From sequence record FN667788.1: a stretch of 24,000 bases of DNA, one strand, 5' to 3'. The notes under the pieces were generated by a model. That model saw nothing but the letters and a program-made list of their open reading frames with translations. It did not search any database and was not told where the DNA came from. Both the position numbers and the translations under genes were made by a program. Below, piece after piece: positions 1-8,733 of this stretch. Source of the DNA: Campylobacter phage CP220. The number at the start of each line of letters is the position of its first letter. Position 1 is the stretch's first letter.

Positions 1-77
1 ATAGCTTTAAATTTCAAACTACAATCAGTTAATTTTAATATATAATATAATAAAACAAAATCATAAAAAGATTTATA

Positions 78-2312
78 ATGTTAAGCAAAGAAGAAATAAA
101 ATATTTTCAAACACATAAAAATGAAATAACAGATGAACTCTTAGAAACAATTAGAGCTCAAGGAAAACTAGGAAAAGCACAAGCTTTAGAAATCTTAGAT
201 TTACCTAAAGACTCTGATAACTATTACTTAGATGCGTATAATACGAGAATTAGTTATAATGGGTCTCGTGGTCTTAAAAAAGCTTACACAAAATTAAACT
301 TAAGTCCGATACATATCAGCGAGCTTGAAAAATGTGCGAATGATCCACTTTATTTCTTAAGAAATTATGTTCGAATGACTACACCAAAAGGTTTTGATTT
401 CGTAGATTCTAGGCCATACCAGGATGAATTTATACAATTGCTGAGCGATGATTCTATCGAAAACGTGATATCAATGCAGCCTCGCCAATGCATTGAAGCA
501 AATACTAAAATAAATGTAAATGGTAATGAAACTACTATTATGAGATTATTCATTAACCAAGAATCTAATAAAAGATTATATTTTAATAGTTCTAAGTTTA
601 TCGAAAGTTATGAATGTAAAGACAAATATGTAGAAACGCCTATAGGTAAAGTCAAAATTCTCGAAGTCCATAAAACTATTAAATACAATATTTTTGAGAT
701 AGAAACCGAAAATGGATTCAAGTTACAAGCATCTGAATTACACGTATTAATAGACGAAAATGATAACGAATTATATGTTAGAGATTGTTTAAATAAGGTA
801 ATTAAAACAAAATCAGGACCTTCTAAAATAATATCTAAAACATTTATAAAATATGATCATTGTTATGATTTAACTTTAGAGCATCATCACCTTTATTACA
901 CCAATGGTGTTTTAAGTCATAATTCATCTAAATCAACTACAACAAGTGTAAAACTCGCGCATTTATACTGTTTTAAGAAAGATATCAACATAGGCATAGT
1001 TGCTTACAGTGGTAACTCGGCGCGAGAGTTCTTAGATAAAACAAAGAAAATGTTGATAGGCTTACCAATATGGATGCAGCCCGGAACAGTTACTTGGAAT
1101 AAAGGTTCAATAGAATGTGAAAATAATATAAAGATTTTAACAGACGTACCAAGTTCGGACGCATTCCGTGGAACGTCCACAAATATAATCGTTGTAGATG
1201 AATGTGCATATTTAGATCCTGCCGGATGGATAGATTTCACTGACGGTGTTTTACCATCACAGGCTGGTTTAGCTTTCAAAAAATTAGTCATTTTATCTAC
1301 ACCTAAAGGTAAGAATCATTTCTACGATATTTGGCAAGGTGCTGGCGACACTTTAGAAACTTCTATTAATGGATTTGTGAGACACAGAGTAGATTGGAGA
1401 TTAGTCCCAAGGTTCAAATCTGATGGTACTAAGTACGACCCTGAAGAATTCAAACAACAACAAATTAAAACTGGTGGTTTAGTTGTTTGGAATTCTGCAT
1501 ATGAATGTAAATTTGAAGGTTCTGCAATGACATTGATACCTAGTGAAATATTAGATACTTATAAACCACAAGAACCAATAGAAGTTGATAATATTAAGGA
1601 TTCTAAAATACTAATATATGAAGAACCAATACCCGGACATAAATACGTTATGGGTGTTGACACTGCTAAAGAAGGTGCTGATTTTACAGGGGTTCAAATA
1701 TTTGATACTACAGATTTAAATTTCAGACAAGTAGCATCAGCAAAACTTAAAATAGATTATATGTTATTACCAGAGTTACTCAATGAGTATGGTTTAAGGT
1801 TCAATCAAGCTTTAATAATTGTAGAAAATAATGAAGGCTCTGGTCAAGTGGTTGCTGATATTCTCAAAAGAGATTATGAATACGAAAACTTATATTATGA
1901 CGTCAATAAACAAAAACAAAGATTAAAATATCCTGGGTTTAGAACTACAAAATTATCTAGGGACGTCATTTTACAAACTGTAGCAACCTTAGCACAAGCT
2001 AATAAATTATTATTAGTAGATAAAGAAACTATTAAAGAATTTGGTGTATTCACATTAAATGATAATGGTAAGTACCAAGCAGCTGTAGGATATCACGATG
2101 ATTTAGTAATGTCTTGTTGTTTATGTTTTGGTATTTTTACAAATGTTAAGAACTTTGAAGATATGAAAGAAATTGTTGATTCTTTAAAAAGTTCTGAAGG
2201 AAAAAGTTTTGAGTATCTAACATTTGGAGCTTTTGCAGATGGTTTAGGTACAGAGCCAGATTCTAACACTGATAATAAGGATTTGAATCTCAGTAATTTG
2301 GAATATTATTAA
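78..2312 (+). CDS. terL: Terminase large subunit (T4 gp17-like ATPase/nuclease) interrupted by an in-frame intein
   Basis: ORF track; extein Walker B-like IIVVDECAYLD, motif III-like LVILSTPKGKNHFY, nuclease motifs VMGVDTAKEGADFTG and IVENNEGSG; the LAHLYCF segment resembles T4 gp17 after Walker A. Confidence 0.93.
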   Translation: MLSKEEIKYFQTHKNEITDELLETIRAQGKLGKAQALEILDLPKDSDNYYLDAYNTRISYNGSRGLKKAYTKLNLSPIHISELEKCANDPLYFLRNYVRMTTPKGFDFVDSRPYQDEFIQLLSDDSIENVISMQPRQCIEANTKINVNGNETTIMRLFINQESNKRLYFNSSKFIESYECKDKYVETPIGKVKILEVHKTIKYNIFEIETENGFKLQASELHVLIDENDNELYVRDCLNKVIKTKSGPSKIISKTFIKYDHCYDLTLEHHHLYYTNGVLSHNSSKSTTTSVKLAHLYCFKKDINIGIVAYSGNSAREFLDKTKKMLIGLPIWMQPGTVTWNKGSIECENNIKILTDVPSSDAFRGTSTNIIVVDECAYLDPAGWIDFTDGVLPSQAGLAFKKLVILSTPKGKNHFYDIWQGAGDTLETSINGFVRHRVDWRLVPRFKSDGTKYDPEEFKQQQIKTGGLVVWNSAYECKFEGSAMTLIPSEILDTYKPQEPIEVDNIKDSKILIYEEPIPGHKYVMGVDTAKEGADFTGVQIFDTTDLNFRQVASAKLKIDYMLLPELLNEYGLRFNQALIIVENNEGSGQVVADILKRDYEYENLYYDVNKQKQRLKYPGFRTTKLSRDVILQTVATLAQANKLLLVDKETIKEFGVFTLNDNGKYQAAVGYHDDLVMSCCLCFGIFTNVKNFEDMKEIVDSLKSSEGKSFEYLTFGAFADGLGTEPDSNTDNKDLNLSNLEYY
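489..923 (+). mobile_element. Mini-intein (about 145 aa, no homing endonuclease domain) inserted in the terminase Walker A region
   Basis: Begins CIEANTKI (Cys1), block B-like NGFKLQASELHVLI, block F/G-like CYDLTLEHHHLYYTNGVLSHN followed by Ser+1; removing it joins MQPRQ to SSKSTTTSVKLAHLYCF. Confidence 0.93.
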
Positions 2313-2327
2313 AATTTTGGATTCTAA

Positions 2328-3062
2328 ATGAAAGAATATATTAAATATAATGATAGAAAATTTATTTTAACAGCATATAAAGTTAAAACCGAACGTGACT
2401 TACTATTAACTGCAAGTTCAGATGATACTACATACAGTAAAGATCTAAATGATTTAAATTTAGATATTTACTTAAGAATCTTAGAACCTTATATAGATTC
2501 TAATATAAACATTTATGATTTATATCCAGAAGAAAAATTATTTTTACTTTATAGATTAAGAGCAACTTCAGTTTCTGACCAATTATCTTTAAATACTAGG
2601 TGTGATTGTGGCTGCACTTTCAAATCTAACATAGATTTGGGTAAAATTGGAGAACTACATAGTATTGATACAAATATATATCCAGATTTGAAAGACGTTT
2701 ATAGCCCAAATTTAGCCGATATATACGGTGATTCTTACTTAGAATCTAATATTATGGATTGTGATTCAGAATTAGATACGTATTTAGAAGCTAATACTAC
2801 TAAATTTAACTTTATTAAAGTTGTTAAATGTTATAATTGTAAGAAAGACCTTGAAATTGATTTAACAAACCCAGAAATATATAAAAATATATTTTCAGAG
2901 AATCCTATAGGTGAGTTCTACAAAAGTTTAACAAGGTTATCATTTCTAGGTAAGTTTACCATAGATGGTATTTTAAATGATTTATATCCGTTTGAAAGAG
3001 AAATCTTTATAAGTTTAATAAATGATGAAGTAGAAGAACAAAATAAAGCACTTAAAAAATAA
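2328..3062 (+). CDS. T4-like baseplate protein (gp26/gp51-type hub/assembly protein)
   Basis: 244 aa ORF; family-like architecture with paired cysteines (CDCGC, CYNC) and C-terminal SLTRLSFLGKFTIDGILNDLYPFER segment. Confidence 0.5.
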   Translation: MKEYIKYNDRKFILTAYKVKTERDLLLTASSDDTTYSKDLNDLNLDIYLRILEPYIDSNINIYDLYPEEKLFLLYRLRATSVSDQLSLNTRCDCGCTFKSNIDLGKIGELHSIDTNIYPDLKDVYSPNLADIYGDSYLESNIMDCDSELDTYLEANTTKFNFIKVVKCYNCKKDLEIDLTNPEIYKNIFSENPIGEFYKSLTRLSFLGKFTIDGILNDLYPFEREIFISLINDEVEEQNKALKK

Positions 3063-3081
3063 TCTTAGTCTTTAAGTGCTT
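3046..3081. terminator. Hairpin between convergent genes, possible bidirectional terminator
   Basis: Inverted repeat AAGCACTTAAA (3046-3056) / TTTAAGTGCTT (3071-3081), 14-nt loop, at the 3' ends of convergent ORFs 2328-3062(+) and 3095-3511(-). Confidence 0.5.
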
Positions 3082-3094
3082 AGTGCAAGTTATT

Positions 3095-3511
3095 TTATAT
3101 GTTTTTTTTGTCTAATCTACTCTTAATACTTTCATTGATTTCAACAGTTATTTCAGATTTTAAGTCATTCTTGACTTCTGACTTAATTTCAGATTTTACA
3201 TCATCCTTAATATCATTCTTAATATTTTCAACAAGTTTAGCTAAATCTTTATTTTTTTGTTTTTCTTTGAGCTGATCAATAATAACTTCTGGTTTTTTAG
3301 AACAACCAATTAAACTACCATTAAGATCTTGTTGTGGTGTTACACAATTTCCTGTCGATAAGTATAAAACACCGTCTACACAAACTTGATTAATTCTGGA
3401 ATCTGAAGTTCCACGAACTTCTTTGCCTGTTTTATCGCTGGAATAATCAGACCCACACCCTATTACAAACAAAGCTGACAAAGCTACAACAAAATATTTT
3501 AGATTCTTCAT
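3095..3511 (-). CDS. Predicted lipoprotein of unknown function
   Basis: 138 aa; MKNLKYFVVALSALFVIGC signal peptide with lipobox-like VIGC; charged repetitive C-terminus (KSEIKSEVKNDLKSEI). Confidence 0.7.
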   Translation of the reverse strand: MKNLKYFVVALSALFVIGCGSDYSSDKTGKEVRGTSDSRINQVCVDGVLYLSTGNCVTPQQDLNGSLIGCSKKPEVIIDQLKEKQKNKDLAKLVENIKNDIKDDVKSEIKSEVKNDLKSEITVEINESIKSRLDKKNI

Positions 3512-3581
3512 ATACCCTCTTTTAATATTATTTATGATTTTATGCTTAATAGCTTATAAATCTTAATTTTTGAATTAAGAT

Positions 3582-3607
3582 ACTTTTAAGATATTTTACA
3601 ATATAAT
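3582..3607 (+). promoter_or_regulatory. Conserved promoter-like motif ACTTTTAAG-N11-TATAAT (site 1)
   Basis: ACTTTTAAG 3582-3590, TATAAT 3602-3607, then TAAAGGAG and ATG 3627; the surrounding 46 nt match site 2 at 44/46 positions. Confidence 0.65.
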
Positions 3608-3626
3608 TATTATAAAGGAGTTTAAA

Positions 3627-3815
3627 ATGAAAGAATTTTTTTATAATTTAATAGCTCAAATCAAAGGACTCAAAATACATAAAAATGAAAAAGATACTTG
3701 GTATTTAAAATGGGATTTAAACACTGGATATTATATAGAAGGTCTAAATACTAAACGCAGACTATATTGTGGTGGCTATTCTGACAGTTTAAACAAAATA
3801 AAATATTTGTATTGA
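3627..3815 (+). CDS. Small hypothetical protein
   Basis: 62 aa ORF with strong AAAGGAG ribosome-binding site and upstream promoter-like motif. Confidence 0.6.
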   Translation: MKEFFYNLIAQIKGLKIHKNEKDTWYLKWDLNTGYYIEGLNTKRRLYCGGYSDSLNKIKYLY

Positions 3816-3851
3816 AGCTTTGTGTTAGTTCGAATACTAAAACGTTAAGAT

Positions 3852-3877
3852 ACTTTTAAGATATTTTACGATATAAT
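3852..3877 (+). promoter_or_regulatory. Conserved promoter-like motif ACTTTTAAG-N11-TATAAT (site 2)
   Basis: ACTTTTAAG 3852-3860, TATAAT 3872-3877, AAAGGAG, ATG 3896. Confidence 0.65.
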
Positions 3878-3895
3878 TATCATAAAGGAGATATA

Positions 3896-5407
3896 ATGAT
3901 CAAAAAATTAACCGATAGAGAACACATTCTAAAAAGACCTAGTATGTATATAGGTGCTATCGATTCTACAAATACTGAAGATTTTATCATAGAATCTGGT
4001 AAAATTAAATATACTACTTTAAATTACGTACCTGGCTTAATTAAAATAATCAATGAGATTATTGATAATTCAGTAGATGCTGCGATTAGATCTAAGTTTA
4101 AATCTGGCTTAAATATAAGTGTCAAAATATCTAATGATACTGTTAGTATTGAAGATGATGGAACTGGCATACCAGTAATAAAATCAGGCGATCACTATAT
4201 GCCAGAACTAGCTTGGAATCACGCTAAAGCAGGTTCTAACTTCGATGATGATGCTAATCGTGTAACAATAGGTACCAACGGAGTTGGAAGTTATTGTACA
4301 AATGTTTGGAGTATTAATTTTAAAGGTATTACAGACGATGGTAAAAATAGATATATTTTTAAATCTAAAAACAATGCTGAAACTTATAGTGAAAATATAG
4401 AAGCTTCTAAAAAATCAGGAACTTTAGTAGAATTTAAACCAGATTTAGAAAGATTTAATCTTAAAGAAATCGATGAAACTCATAAGAATATAATCTATCA
4501 AAGATTATTAAACTTAGCTATTTGTTACCCAGAAATTAATTTTAAATTTAATTCTAAGAAAATAGATTTTAAATCTTTTAAGAATTATTTAAATATGTTT
4601 AGTTCAGATTTTGAACTATATGAAAACCAAAATATTAAAATTGGTATAATCCCAAATGAATTGGATGACTTTAAACAATTTAGTTTTGTTAATGGTTTAA
4701 AAATACCAGACGGTGGTGTCCACATAGATACTATTATGAGTAACGTAGTTCAAGGTATAAGAGACAAATTAGTTAAAAAATATAAAAGTATTAAACCTGG
4801 CGATATTAAAAATAAATTAATGATTGTTTGTTTCATTAATGGAATGCCAAATCTTAAATTTAATTCACAATCTAAAGAAAAAATTACAAACTCAGTAAAA
4901 GAATTTAATGATTTTTCTAATATAGATTATAATTTTATCAATAAAATTCTTAAAAATAAATCTATTATAGATCCTATTATAGACATATATAAAGTTAAAG
5001 AAGCTTTAAATGCAGATAAAGCCCTTAAGAGTGTAGAAAAATCTAAGAAGTTAAAATCTGAAAAATATTTTAGAGCAACAAAAAGTCAAAAATATCTTTG
5101 TATTTGTGAAGGTTTTTCCGCTTATGGCGGTATATCGCAAGTTCTTGGAAATGAACATACGAGCTTCTATGTTCTTAAAGGTAAACCATTAAATTCTTGG
5201 GATGTCACTAATCAAAAATTTGCAGCCAATCGCGAATTATCTGAATTATATCAAATACTTTCCGAGAACGCAGAATTTGAGGATTTAAAAGACGGCAAGT
5301 TTTACGAGATTAAAATTGATGGTAAAACTTATATTATGAATGAAAATGATACAATTGAAATTAATAATATTAAATATAATTTCGAAGATCTACAAAAAGG
5401 ATTGTAA
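3896..5407 (+). CDS. 39: DNA topoisomerase II large subunit, ATPase plus first part of Toprim (T4 gp39-like)
   Basis: REHILKRPSMYIG, EIIDNSVDAAI, DDGTGIP, GTNGVGSYCTNVWS (GHKL ATPase); LCICEGFSA and LKGKPLNSWD (start of Toprim). Confidence 0.9.
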   Translation: MIKKLTDREHILKRPSMYIGAIDSTNTEDFIIESGKIKYTTLNYVPGLIKIINEIIDNSVDAAIRSKFKSGLNISVKISNDTVSIEDDGTGIPVIKSGDHYMPELAWNHAKAGSNFDDDANRVTIGTNGVGSYCTNVWSINFKGITDDGKNRYIFKSKNNAETYSENIEASKKSGTLVEFKPDLERFNLKEIDETHKNIIYQRLLNLAICYPEINFKFNSKKIDFKSFKNYLNMFSSDFELYENQNIKIGIIPNELDDFKQFSFVNGLKIPDGGVHIDTIMSNVVQGIRDKLVKKYKSIKPGDIKNKLMIVCFINGMPNLKFNSQSKEKITNSVKEFNDFSNIDYNFINKILKNKSIIDPIIDIYKVKEALNADKALKSVEKSKKLKSEKYFRATKSQKYLCICEGFSAYGGISQVLGNEHTSFYVLKGKPLNSWDVTNQKFAANRELSELYQILSENAEFEDLKDGKFYEIKIDGKTYIMNENDTIEINNIKYNFEDLQKGL

Positions 5408-5940
5408 TGAGACCAATCAGAATAGCAATTTCAGGAGCTCAATGTTCTGGTAAAACTACATTAATTAATTTAATGAAGAAACATAGTTATTTTAAGAATT
5501 TTGATTTCATAGAATCATTTTCTAATAAAATAGCTAAAACAAACAAGAAACACTCAGAAAATACAAACTTGGTGACTCAGTTACAAATGTTGTATTATAG
5601 TATAAGTGCTTTAAAAAGTATAAGCATACCTACTGTACACGATAGGTGCATTTTAGATGTTATAGTATATACAGGTATTAACAAAGACATCGATTTAAGA
5701 TTATTCACAGATTCTTTAATAAAATATTATAAACAGTTCGATTTTATTTTTGTTTTAGATTCTGAAAATATACCATTAGAATCAAATGGTATTAGATCAA
5801 TAGATCCTGAATTTAGATCTAAAATAAACAATATTTTTAAGAAAGTAGATTTAGAAAACGTCGTTCACTTAGATTCTAAATTAGATCCAGATTCTAGGAT
5901 ATTAAAAATAATCGAAGCTATAAAATCTAAAACTAATTAA
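5407..5940 (+). CDS. P-loop nucleotide kinase-like/AAA ATPase
   Basis: Walker A GAQCSGKTT near the N-terminus and kinase-like VHDRCILDV; start overlaps the previous stop (TAATG). Confidence 0.65.
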   Translation: MRPIRIAISGAQCSGKTTLINLMKKHSYFKNFDFIESFSNKIAKTNKKHSENTNLVTQLQMLYYSISALKSISIPTVHDRCILDVIVYTGINKDIDLRLFTDSLIKYYKQFDFIFVLDSENIPLESNGIRSIDPEFRSKINNIFKKVDLENVVHLDSKLDPDSRILKIIEAIKSKTN

Positions 5941-5951
5941 TAGGAGAAATA

Positions 5952-6410
5952 ATGGATTTGAATCTTTATATACATAAAACAAATGAAGATGCTGTAATAC
6001 CAGAAATTGCTTATAATGGAACTTCAGCAGCATTTGATATTACTTGTGCTGAAACAACTGAAATTAAACCAGGAGAATCAAAAGTAGTTCCAAACGGACT
6101 AAGAATTTCAATCGATGAAAAAGATCCTTTTTATATGACAGTACATTTAAGAAGTTCTTTAGGTTTCAAAAAAGACCTAATTCCGCATATTGGTATCATT
6201 GATGCTGGTTATACTGGTGATTTTGGAGTTAAAATTAATAATATTGGTAAAGAACCTATAGTTATTGAAAAAGGATCTCGTTACGCACAAGTTTTAATTC
6301 ATAGAAAATATAGTTTTAAGTTCGTTGAACTCAATGATGCTGAATTCAAGGATTTTGAAGCTAAGCAAGAAAGAGGTTCTAAAGGATTTGGATCAAGCGG
6401 CAAATCTTAA
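5952..6410 (+). CDS. dut: dUTP diphosphatase (trimeric dUTPase)
   Basis: Motifs AAFDITCAE, RSSLGFK, IGIIDAGYTGDFGV, GSRYAQ, C-terminal RGSKGFGSSG. Confidence 0.95.
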   Translation: MDLNLYIHKTNEDAVIPEIAYNGTSAAFDITCAETTEIKPGESKVVPNGLRISIDEKDPFYMTVHLRSSLGFKKDLIPHIGIIDAGYTGDFGVKINNIGKEPIVIEKGSRYAQVLIHRKYSFKFVELNDAEFKDFEAKQERGSKGFGSSGKS

Positions 6411-6451
6411 AAGATTTACACATTTTAATAATTCTTAATAAGGATTTAAGT

Positions 6452-6694
6452 ATGAATACAATAAAATTTTATCATAGACAAAAGGAATATGTAGTTCAAT
6501 CTCAAAATATTAATCAACATACATTTAATAAGAACTATAATAAAGTTCTAGCATTATTAAATGAAAATGAAATTAAATCTATTAATGAATGTGAATTAAT
6601 ACCAGCTGGTAAAACTGATATTTTAAAATTATCTACAATGGGTAGTGATGGGTTAATACAAGAGTTTGAATTAAGATTAGAAAACGTTTATTAA
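6452..6694 (+). CDS. Small hypothetical protein
   Basis: 80 aa ORF in the same direction as its neighbours, upstream AAGGA-like site. Confidence 0.6.
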   Translation: MNTIKFYHRQKEYVVQSQNINQHTFNKNYNKVLALLNENEIKSINECELIPAGKTDILKLSTMGSDGLIQEFELRLENVY

Positions 6695-6706
6695 TAGGAG
6701 ATATAG

Positions 6707-7750
6707 GTGTTAGACTTTGTAGATATTAAGTATTTTAAGTTAGCAGTTCCCGGGCCTTATAAAGAAAGTTCTTTGGATATTGCTGTTAAATGCCCAATTT
6801 GTGGAGACTCAAAATATAAAAAATCTGTTAAAAGACTACACCTATATGAAAAACAAGGAGTTACTTTAGTCCATTGTTTTAATGGTGATTGTGTGTTAAA
6901 TACGCAAATGGGTTTAAGTAATTTCTTAAAGATTTATAAACCTGAATTATTATTACCATATAAATCAGAGAATTTTAAACTTAAAATTAATTCAATTGAT
7001 ACTAGTAATAATATAGAAAGTAATAATGAAATTGAGACTATGAAGTCTTGTTTTGATTCTAGTGCTAGCAATACAAGTATTGAAAGCATTGCTAGCTCTA
7101 CTAGCATTGACAGCTCCAACAATGGGTTCAAATATATTAACTTGACTTCAGTGTTAGACACTAATACAAGTAAACAAATAGAGTTTTTAAAATCTCGTGG
7201 GTTTAACGATGATACTATTAACTTTTTAGATTTCTATAATGGAACTAAATCTTTTAATTTAAATGGTGTTTATTATGGAATCAAAGACTATCTTGTAATT
7301 CCATTTTCTAAAGACTCTAATTATTATGGATTCTATGCAAGATCTTTAACTGAAAAAAGATTTATTAATTTTACATTGAATCAAAATTATGGAGTTTGGA
7401 ATCTATTTAATGTTGATTTAAATAAACCAGTTTTTATATTTGAAGCTATTCTCGATGCTTTGTCTTTTAGACAAATATACAGAACTAATCAAATAATAGC
7501 TTTAAATACCTCCACAATAGCAAAGAATGTTTTAGATTTAATAAAGTATCCTTTCTTTTGTTTAGATAACGACAAAGTTGGAATTGAAAAAATGATAAAA
7601 TATAATTCAATTCAAAATAGTCATTTTATATGTTATCCAAATGATTTAACACAAAAAGATTTTAATGAAATGCTTCAAAATAATATTAAAATAGAACTTG
7701 TTTTTAAGAAAGGTTTTAACGCTTTATTACATTTAAAATCTTTGTTATGA
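6707..7750 (+). CDS. 61: DNA primase (T4 gp61/DnaG-like), GTG start
   Basis: N-terminal zinc-binding CPICGDS...HCFNGDC, Toprim-like PVFIFEAILDAL and FFCLDNDKVG; GTG at 6707 preceded by TAGGAG. Confidence 0.85.
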   Translation: MLDFVDIKYFKLAVPGPYKESSLDIAVKCPICGDSKYKKSVKRLHLYEKQGVTLVHCFNGDCVLNTQMGLSNFLKIYKPELLLPYKSENFKLKINSIDTSNNIESNNEIETMKSCFDSSASNTSIESIASSTSIDSSNNGFKYINLTSVLDTNTSKQIEFLKSRGFNDDTINFLDFYNGTKSFNLNGVYYGIKDYLVIPFSKDSNYYGFYARSLTEKRFINFTLNQNYGVWNLFNVDLNKPVFIFEAILDALSFRQIYRTNQIIALNTSTIAKNVLDLIKYPFFCLDNDKVGIEKMIKYNSIQNSHFICYPNDLTQKDFNEMLQNNIKIELVFKKGFNALLHLKSLL

Positions 7751-7762
7751 TTTTAATTGTAA

Positions 7763-7785
7763 ATTAAGTTCTAATATACTATAAT
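7763..7785 (+). promoter_or_regulatory. Divergent copy of promoter-like motif ATTAAG-N11-TATAAT
   Basis: AAG ends at 7768, 11-nt spacer, TATAAT 7780-7785, upstream of the 7810 ATG. Confidence 0.45.
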
Positions 7786-7809
7786 TAAGAAAATATTAAA
7801 AGGAGTTCA

Positions 7810-8724
7810 ATGACAGTAGATTTAAAACACGATATTTGGGTAGAAAAATATCGTCCTCAAAAAATTGATGACTTAATTTTACCAAATGTTTATTTAGATA
7901 AATTTAGAAAATATATTGAAAAACCGTCAAACATTTTATTAAGTTCAGTAAACCCAGGAACAGGAAAAACAAGCACAGCACAAGCCATTATAAAAGAAGG
8001 TAATTTTGAATCTTTATATATTAACGCTTCGTTAGAATCTGGTATTGATACTATGAGAAGTAAAATATTACAATTTGCTAGTACTGAAAGCTTTGATGGA
8101 AAACCTAAAATTGTTTTAGCAGATGAATTTGACTACTTTGGCCAAAATGGTCAAGCAGCTGCAAGAGCACTTATAGAAGAAGTTGCTGCTAATTGTAGAT
8201 TCATATTAACGTGTAATTATGTTTCTAATATAATGCCTCCTATAGTTAACAGATTTGAAGTATTTGATTTTGATGTTGTTCACGCTTCTAATAAACAAGA
8301 ACTTGCCCAAAAAGCTTTCAATTTACTAAAAGAAATCTTAGACAATGAAAAGGTTTCTTATGTAAATGAGGATCTTGTCAATATTATTAAGAACTATTAC
8401 CCAAGTATAAGGGGCATGATTGCTTGCTTGCAAAAATGTAATTTTAATAATAAATTAATTTTGGATATACAAAAAGATTCAGATTTCGAGGGTTTGATTA
8501 ACTTAATTAGATCACGTGATTTTGATAATTTAATGAAAGTAATCTATGGCTTAACAAACCCAGATGCTTTTTATGAATACGCATTTAAAAAATTAGATAT
8601 TCAAAACTCTAATAAACCACAAGCTATCATAATACTAGCTAAATATCAATACCAAAGTGCTTTCTCAAGAGATAGAAACTTAAATTTAGCTGCTTGTATT
8701 ATGGAATTAGCACCATTATTATAA
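7810..8724 (+). CDS. 44: Sliding clamp loader large subunit (T4 gp44-like AAA+ ATPase)
   Basis: WVEKYRPQKIDDLILP, Walker A NPGTGKTS, Walker B-like KIVLADEFDYF, RFC-box-like FILTCNY. Confidence 0.92.
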   Translation: MTVDLKHDIWVEKYRPQKIDDLILPNVYLDKFRKYIEKPSNILLSSVNPGTGKTSTAQAIIKEGNFESLYINASLESGIDTMRSKILQFASTESFDGKPKIVLADEFDYFGQNGQAAARALIEEVAANCRFILTCNYVSNIMPPIVNRFEVFDFDVVHASNKQELAQKAFNLLKEILDNEKVSYVNEDLVNIIKNYYPSIRGMIACLQKCNFNNKLILDIQKDSDFEGLINLIRSRDFDNLMKVIYGLTNPDAFYEYAFKKLDIQNSNKPQAIIILAKYQYQSAFSRDRNLNLAACIMELAPLL

Positions 8725-8733
8725 GGATTATAT

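Noticed and set aside
1-77. Possible promoter with overlapping TATAAT boxes upstream of terminase
   Set aside because: TATAAT is present around position 43, but the ACTTTTAAG-type box is missing, and AT-rich context makes this weak.
365-553. Minus-strand ORF of 62 aa inside terminase
   Set aside because: Antisense to strong terminase/intein coding sequence; no RBS or domain signal.
600-700. Homing endonuclease within the intein
   Set aside because: The intein is only 145 aa and has no LAGLIDADG, HNH or GIY-YIG motif.
1004-1291. Minus-strand ORF of 95 aa inside terminase
   Set aside because: Antisense to conserved TerL ATPase coding; composition looks like a chance ORF.
5390-5420. Programmed frameshift or translational bypass restoring the topoisomerase Toprim
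   Set aside because: Downstream frames encode a complete kinase-like protein and no DADxDG motif nearby.
6934-7161. Minus-strand ORF of 75 aa, Leu/Ser-rich and apparently hydrophobic
   Set aside because: Mirror of the Ser/Asn-rich primase linker; not supported as a gene.
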